64,000 nt of DNA from Coprothermobacterota bacterium (GTDB lineage Bacteria; Coprothermobacterota; Coprothermobacteria; Coprothermobacterales; Coprothermobacteraceae). Made by a program: the position numbers and the translations under genes. A model generated the notes under the pieces. The model saw only the letters and a program-made list of their open reading frames with translations. It was not told the DNA's origin and searched no databases. Each line of letters begins with the position of its first letter. The first letter of the stretch is position 1. Of the stretch, positions 58,753-64,000 are shown in pieces. The stretch covers positions 9,713 through 73,712 of the forward strand of contig JAZIGN010000002.1 in assembly GCA_036679065.1 (NCBI GenBank), in the 5' to 3' direction.

Positions 58753-59981
58753 GGCTGCTGTACCTTTAACTGGAGTTTATCGCCTGGTCTTATGGCGCGG
58801 TACTGTTCTTCCTTCAGAGGAAACTCAGCCATTTCAGCAGGCTTTAGACCCGCAAAACCTTTTCTCGCAATGACCTCTTCTCCACGAGTAATCAGAGCCA
58901 CACCCACAGGCATGGGACAAGCCACTCTGAACCAAATACGGGGAACATCAGATTCACCCAGAGACAAGCGCTGAGGTATGACCACACGAACACCGACGCC
59001 TGGCAAAACCTCAGCAAGTTTAGGCCTGTCACCTACGGATTTTACAGCGCGTGCTCCAGCAATGGAAGCAGAAATTGCCACATTATCCACCAAATCCCAA
59101 ATGCCTACGCCGTTACCCACAACATAGACGCCCGGCAAGTCTGTCTGGAAGAATTGATCCACGGCCGCACTTCCCGTGTACGGTAAGATGGGTAGCCCCA
59201 TTTGTCTGATAAGCTCGGCTTCGGGGAGCAAACCCACCGACAGCACAAGCGTGTCTACGGGGAACACTTTCTTAGTTCCTGGTATGGTTTTTCCGTTTTC
59301 TACCTGTGCTACCTTCACAGCTTCTACCCGGTCTGATCCCACAACCTCAGTAACAGTATGAGAAAGTAGCAAGGGTATATTGAAGTCTTTTAAACACTGC
59401 TGCACATTCCGAGCCAAACCACCAGGGAAAGGCATAAGCTCCGCCACACCATGTACTTTGGCTCCTTCTAAAGCCATCCTCCTGGCTGTTATGAGTCCAA
59501 TATCACCTGAACCTAGTACAAAGACTTCTTTGCCAACTTCAAACCCTTGAATGTTTATCATGTACTGCGCAGTGCCCGCTGTGTAAACGCCTGCAGGACG
59601 TGTACCTGGTATGGTAATAGCTCCACGAGGACGTTCCCTGGCACCCACAGCAAAAATGACAGCGTCAGGCTTAACTGAACTTATCCCTTCTGGTCTTGAA
59701 ACTATGAGTGTCTTATCTGGATAAGCTTCGATAACCATGGCATTGAGCCACACATCAATGTTGGCTGCCTTTACATCGGCACGTAAACGCTCTGCAAACT
59801 CTGGTCCCGTTAAGTCCTCACCGTAGTAATTCACACCAAAACCTGAATGAATACATTGGGGCAGTACACCGCCCAAACGCTCTGCACGCTCAATGATTAC
59901 CACACGGTCTGCCCCTGCTCGCTTCGCAGACACTGCGGCTGCCATACCAGCAGGGCCTCCGCCCACTACTGCTACGAGCAT
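58749..59981 (-). CDS. NAD(P)/FAD-dependent oxidoreductase
   Basis: GGGPAG, LPQCIHSGFG, GSGDIG, LSVGL. Confidence 0.9.
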   Translation of the reverse strand: MLVAVVGGGPAGMAAAVSAKRAGADRVVIIERAERLGGVLPQCIHSGFGVNYYGEDLTGPEFAERLRADVKAANIDVWLNAMVIEAYPDKTLIVSRPEGISSVKPDAVIFAVGARERPRGAITIPGTRPAGVYTAGTAQYMINIQGFEVGKEVFVLGSGDIGLITARRMALEGAKVHGVAELMPFPGGLARNVQQCLKDFNIPLLLSHTVTEVVGSDRVEAVKVAQVENGKTIPGTKKVFPVDTLVLSVGLLPEAELIRQMGLPILPYTGSAAVDQFFQTDLPGVYVVGNGVGIWDLVDNVAISASIAGARAVKSVGDRPKLAEVLPGVGVRVVIPQRLSLGESDVPRIWFRVACPMPVGVALITRGEEVIARKGFAGLKPAEMAEFPLKEEQYRAIRPGDKLQLKVQQP

Positions 59982-61471
59982 TATTCATCACCTCGTCGGT
60001 TGTCACCGTAAACCAGCTTCGAATTCCTGCCAAATTTTGTTATCTGGTCATAACTTAGGTTCAGCTCCCGGGACAGAATATCGATAATTCTTGGCGTGCA
60101 AAAACCGCCCTGACACCGACCAGCTGTGGCTCTGACGCGCCGCTTGATGCCGTCCAGATCACTGGCCGCTGGTTGCATCTTGAGTACACTTTTGATTTCC
60201 CCCTCAGTCACCAGTTCACACCGGCAAACCATATGCCCGTAGGCGGGATCCTCATTTATGAGCCTTTCACGGTCAACATAGGGAAGTTCCCTAAGTATGG
60301 GCGGAAATTCAAAATAGGGATCAAAGTCTCTTTTTTCCTCCGAAGCTAACAAATCCGTTACCAGTTCAACTAACCTGTGGGCAATACCTGGTGCTGCAGT
60401 TAGTCCTGGAGACTTTATACCTGCTGCGTTTATAAGGCCTTCCATGGTTTTGGAATGCTGTACCACAAAGTCATCCACTGAACCAATGGCTCTTAACCCG
60501 GCGTACTGCGCAATGGCATAACGTTCATAGGAGAATGGAACTAAGTGCTTTGCGCCCTCAAGGACTTCAGCCAAACCCTCGGCAGTTGTTCTCCTATCCG
60601 GCTCAGTAAGATCTTCAGCTGTGGGCCCAATGAGCAAATTGCCATGGGTGGTTCTGCTAACCAAAACACCCTTTCCTTTTGGTGTAGGGGCTCTAAAGAT
60701 TACATGGCGCACCAAGTTACCCACATTCTTGTCCAAGATGAAGTACTGCCCACGGCGTGGATGAATGGAAAACCAGTCTTCACCAGCCATGCGCATTATG
60801 TGGGCTGCATTGAGTCCGGCGGCATTTATGACCACCTTGGTTCTCAGTTCACCTTGGTTTGTTTGCACAGTTATGTAACCATCAGATGACTTGCTAAGAT
60901 TTATAACCTCCGTATCCAGCATAAGCTGACCGCCGTTTTTCAGACCGTTACCAACCAAACCAATCACCGCTTGGAAAGGATCAATAATACCTGAAACCGG
61001 CGCATATAAGGAAGCTCTTACTTCCGGATTAACCACAGGTTCTCTTTTTAACGTTTCGTCGCGTCCCAAAAACTTCACAGGTACTCTTACTTTTTTGCCG
61101 TTGTGGTAAAGTCTGGTAATTTCAGCTATGTCAGCATCATTGAAGGCAAGCACCAATGAGCCTGTCCATTCCACATCAATGGAAAGCTCCTGCGCCCACT
61201 GAAACCAGAGCTGAATACCCTGTTTGTTGAAATTGCTCATCAGTGTGCCAGGCTGAGGATCAAATCCACCATGTAATATGGCTGAATTTGCTCTGCTGGC
61301 ATCTCCTCCCACATCGTGCAACGAATCCAGCAGCAGCACTCTTAAATCGTACTTGCAGAGCTCACGGAAAGCAGCAGCACCAACAATACCTGCCCCAATA
61401 ATGATCACATCATACACGGCGGTATGTGCTACTGGGCCCATCCCCGAGCTCTTTCCACTGCTCGTTTCCAT
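59981..61471 (-). CDS. FAD-dependent glycerol-3-phosphate dehydrogenase-like protein with BFD-like [2Fe-2S] domain
   Basis: [29 protein letters not shown]...GRCQGGFC; downstream of glpK. Confidence 0.85.
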   Translation of the reverse strand: METSSGKSSGMGPVAHTAVYDVIIIGAGIVGAAAFRELCKYDLRVLLLDSLHDVGGDASRANSAILHGGFDPQPGTLMSNFNKQGIQLWFQWAQELSIDVEWTGSLVLAFNDADIAEITRLYHNGKKVRVPVKFLGRDETLKREPVVNPEVRASLYAPVSGIIDPFQAVIGLVGNGLKNGGQLMLDTEVINLSKSSDGYITVQTNQGELRTKVVINAAGLNAAHIMRMAGEDWFSIHPRRGQYFILDKNVGNLVRHVIFRAPTPKGKGVLVSRTTHGNLLIGPTAEDLTEPDRRTTAEGLAEVLEGAKHLVPFSYERYAIAQYAGLRAIGSVDDFVVQHSKTMEGLINAAGIKSPGLTAAPGIAHRLVELVTDLLASEEKRDFDPYFEFPPILRELPYVDRERLINEDPAYGHMVCRCELVTEGEIKSVLKMQPAASDLDGIKRRVRATAGRCQGGFCTPRIIDILSRELNLSYDQITKFGRNSKLVYGDNRRGDE

Positions 61472-62925
61472 CCAGCGTACATCTCCTCTCTCTTTATTGC
61501 CGTTATCTGAGGTTCAAAAGATTTGTCCAGTTGCCAAATACTTGATATCTCTTCCAGATTATGCCAGACCCCCGTAGCTAAACCCGCTAGGTAGGCCGTC
61601 CCAAGTGCAGTGGTTTCTCTGACCACTGGTCTTTGTACTGTGAGCCCTAAGACATCGGCTTGGATCTGAAGCAGTAGGTTATCCACGGAAGCTCCTCCAT
61701 CAGCCCTAAGTAGTTTTAAGTCAAAACCGCAGTCGCTCTTCATTGCTTCCAACACGTCACGGGTTTGATAAGCCATGGCCTCCAGTGTTGCTCGAGCTAG
61801 ATGGCACGCTGTGGTGCCCCGTGTAATTCCGATAATCATACCGCGGGCATACATGTCCCAGTAAGGAGCACCTAACCCCACAAAGGCTGGTACAAAATAA
61901 ACACCAGCTGTATCTTCGACTTGCTTAGCCAAGGTTTCTACTTCATCTGCCACCTTTATTATTCCTAAACCGTCACGAAGCCATTGAACGGCTGCTCCTG
62001 TGATAAAAATGGAGCCTTCCAAAGCATAATAAACCCTGTCCTCCAACCCGAAAGCAACTGTCGTAATTAAGCCGTGTTTGCTTTCCACTGGCTTACTGCC
62101 AGTGTTAACAAGCAAAAAAGAACCAGTGCCGTAGGTATTCTTAGCAGAACCAGGCTCAAAACAGGCTTGCCCAAACAAAGCCGCCTGTTGATCTCCTGCA
62201 TCACCCGCTATGGGAATCTCACTGCCAAACAATTTGGCATCAGTATAACCAAATAAGTGAGACGAAGCACACACCTTTGGAAGCATAGCTCTGGGTATGC
62301 CCAGCTCCTGCAGTATGTCATCGTCCCAGTCCAATGTGTGAATGTTGAAAATCATAGTTCTGGAAGCATTGGTGTAATCGGTTACATGCACCTTACCGCC
62401 GGTGAGACGCCAAATGAGGAATGTATCCACGTTGCCAAAAAGCACTTCCCCTTTTTCGGCTCTTTCTCTTACCCCTGGCACATTGTCCAGTATCCACTTA
62501 ATCTTTGTCCCACTAAAGTAAGCGTCAATGACTAAGCCTGTCTTTTCCTTTATGGGTTTCTCCCATCCTCTTTCCTTAAGTTCATCACAAAACTCTGCGG
62601 TTCTACGACACTGCCAAACAATAGCATTGTAAACAGGTTTACCAGTATTTCTGTCCCAAAGAATTGTGGTTTCACGTTGATTGGCTATGCCCAAAGCATC
62701 AATGTGTTCGGCAGTAAGTCCCGCTTTTAGAATGGCTTCCTTTGCCACATCTATTTGACTGTTCCAAATGTCCTCCGGATCGTGTTCTACCCAACCAGGC
62801 TTTGGAAAAATCTGTGGGAATTCTTTCTGAGCCATGCTTACGATGCATCCATTCTGGTCAAATATCATGGCCCTACTGCTGGTAGTACCTTGATCAAAGG
62901 ATAAAACATATTTCTTTTGTTCCAT
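61429..62925 (-). CDS. glpK: Glycerol kinase
   Basis: [39 protein letters not shown]. Confidence 0.97.
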   Translation of the reverse strand: MEQKKYVLSFDQGTTSSRAMIFDQNGCIVSMAQKEFPQIFPKPGWVEHDPEDIWNSQIDVAKEAILKAGLTAEHIDALGIANQRETTILWDRNTGKPVYNAIVWQCRRTAEFCDELKERGWEKPIKEKTGLVIDAYFSGTKIKWILDNVPGVRERAEKGEVLFGNVDTFLIWRLTGGKVHVTDYTNASRTMIFNIHTLDWDDDILQELGIPRAMLPKVCASSHLFGYTDAKLFGSEIPIAGDAGDQQAALFGQACFEPGSAKNTYGTGSFLLVNTGSKPVESKHGLITTVAFGLEDRVYYALEGSIFITGAAVQWLRDGLGIIKVADEVETLAKQVEDTAGVYFVPAFVGLGAPYWDMYARGMIIGITRGTTACHLARATLEAMAYQTRDVLEAMKSDCGFDLKLLRADGGASVDNLLLQIQADVLGLTVQRPVVRETTALGTAYLAGLATGVWHNLEEISSIWQLDKSFEPQITAIKREEMYAGWKRAVERARGWAQ

Positions 62926-63138
62926 AGAATCACACCTCTCCTCCCCATCCGCCTTGGTAAGCAACAAAATGAGAAAAAACCATAATGCACAGCGACTTTC
63001 ATTGTTGTCACCTTTATTATAGATTACCAATATGCACTGTGTTTCCTTCTTTACGGGCGCTAGACGATACTCGGAATCCCTATGCAGTCTAGCACGGCAT
63101 ATAATGTAGTAAGCAGTAACAGGGAGGTGACCAAAAGC

Positions 63139-63861
63139 ATGGAGGAGGCTTTCTTTAAAGAGGGAAATGATGTGGGTGTTTTGGTCATACACGGCTTTAC
63201 GGGGTCGCCAGGAAGCATGCGCGACCTAGCTGAGTTCTACGCCGATCAAGGTTTCACTGTCGCTTTGCCAAGACTTGCTGGTCACGGCACAACTCCAGAA
63301 GACCTTGAAAAACGTAAATATCAGGAATGGATAGAAGACGTGGAGAAAGCATATCAATGGCTAAAAGAGCACACTAGCAAACGATTTGTGACAGGACTTT
63401 CTATGGGTGGTACTTTAACACTCTATATGGGCGAAAAGCACAAAGACATTGCGGGGCTTATAACCATAAATGCAGCAGTACGGATGCCAAATGAGACCTC
63501 CATGCTCATACTAGGGTCCTTGGGTATACCAAGATTTGCAAAGGGCGTAGGGAGTGACATCAAGAAAAGCATCAAAGAGCCAGCATATGAGCTTACACCG
63601 ATACGAGCCACAAGACAGCTTGCTTTACTGCTAAGACTGGTCAGAAACAATATAAAAGATGTCGATCAACCCATACTCATCTTCTCTTCCAAGGAAGATC
63701 ATGTGGTACCGCCAGAGAACCAAAGATGGATTTACGAAAACGTGAGTTCACAGACTAAAGAGCTTGTAACATTGGAGAACAGCTACCATGTAGCTACAAT
63801 GGATTACGATTTAGAGCTCATTGAACAAAAAAGTCTGGAGTTCATTCAAAAGTTGCTATGA
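63139..63861 (+). CDS. Carboxylesterase / monoacylglycerol lipase-like alpha/beta hydrolase
   Basis: [24 protein letters not shown]; GGAGGTG RBS. Confidence 0.9.
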   Translation: MEEAFFKEGNDVGVLVIHGFTGSPGSMRDLAEFYADQGFTVALPRLAGHGTTPEDLEKRKYQEWIEDVEKAYQWLKEHTSKRFVTGLSMGGTLTLYMGEKHKDIAGLITINAAVRMPNETSMLILGSLGIPRFAKGVGSDIKKSIKEPAYELTPIRATRQLALLLRLVRNNIKDVDQPILIFSSKEDHVVPPENQRWIYENVSSQTKELVTLENSYHVATMDYDLELIEQKSLEFIQKLL

Positions 63862-64000
63862 GTTCCATATTACTTAAATCGCGCAGTCTAGGAGTGCTGC
63901 TAATCCATGGATTTACTTCTTCGCCTGAGCAGATGCTTCCTTTTGCCCAAGAGCTGAACAAATATGGTATCACCTGCCTTTTACCAAGATTATCTGGACA
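63858..64000 (+). CDS. Second alpha/beta hydrolase (esterase paralog), 5' part only
   Basis: [26 protein letters not shown]...LPRLSG; ATGA overlap; not in the ORF track. Confidence 0.85.
   Translation, partial: MSSILLKSRSLGVLLIHGFTSSPEQMLPFAQELNKYGITCLLPRLSG

Noticed and set aside
62926-63192. 88-aa N-terminal extension of GlpK, and a GlpP-type antiterminator leader
   Set aside because: The extension spans the divergent promoter region and an RBS supports ATG 62925; no strong terminator stem in the leader
146-63650. Many 60-170 aa ORFs antisense to or nested in well-supported genes (e.g. 16546-16878, 23641-24105, 30645-31124, 31674-32171, 32819-33340, 53584-54198)
   Set aside because: Shadow ORFs with no family motifs or RBS, opposite confident genes
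1-64000. tRNA, rRNA, IS/transposase, prophage, defence systems, sigma-54 -24/-12 promoters
   Set aside because: None recognised by eye; dedicated scanners were not available, so weak cases could be missed

Overview
A 64 kb, gene-dense housekeeping segment (roughly mid-40s % GC) of an anaerobic, probably thermophilic and proteolytic bacterium. Gene content and style suggest Coprothermobacter, which is an inference only. It has about 60 CDS, including birA, nth, pncA, a divergent transketolase, ogg, sfsA, udk, hup, rpe-rsgA, def-fmt, dnaK-dnaJ, NatAB-like, Zn-type and NitT-type ABC transporters, pckA, recG-fakA-rpmB, a B12 radical SAM enzyme, a glpK/G3P dehydrogenase operon and two tandem esterases. 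No rRNA, tRNA, CRISPR array, IS or prophage was seen. A 6S RNA lies on the minus strand at about 34718-34865. The most interesting unexplained signals are five. (1) A structured, terminated minus-strand RNA upstream of dnaK carries a perfect anti-Shine-Dalgarno sequence and C-rich loops, and its core 12-mer recurs at two other non-coding sites. (2) At least nine genes have a leaderless -10-box/start-codon architecture. (3) A ubiquitin-like beta-grasp protein ending in -AG is translationally coupled to a LipM/LplA-family ligase. (4) The DnaK looks archaeal (Thermoplasmata-type) and has no adjacent grpE or hrcA. (5) There are several apparent pseudo-enzymes and eroded gene remnants. All family calls come from motif recognition by eye; no database search was run.
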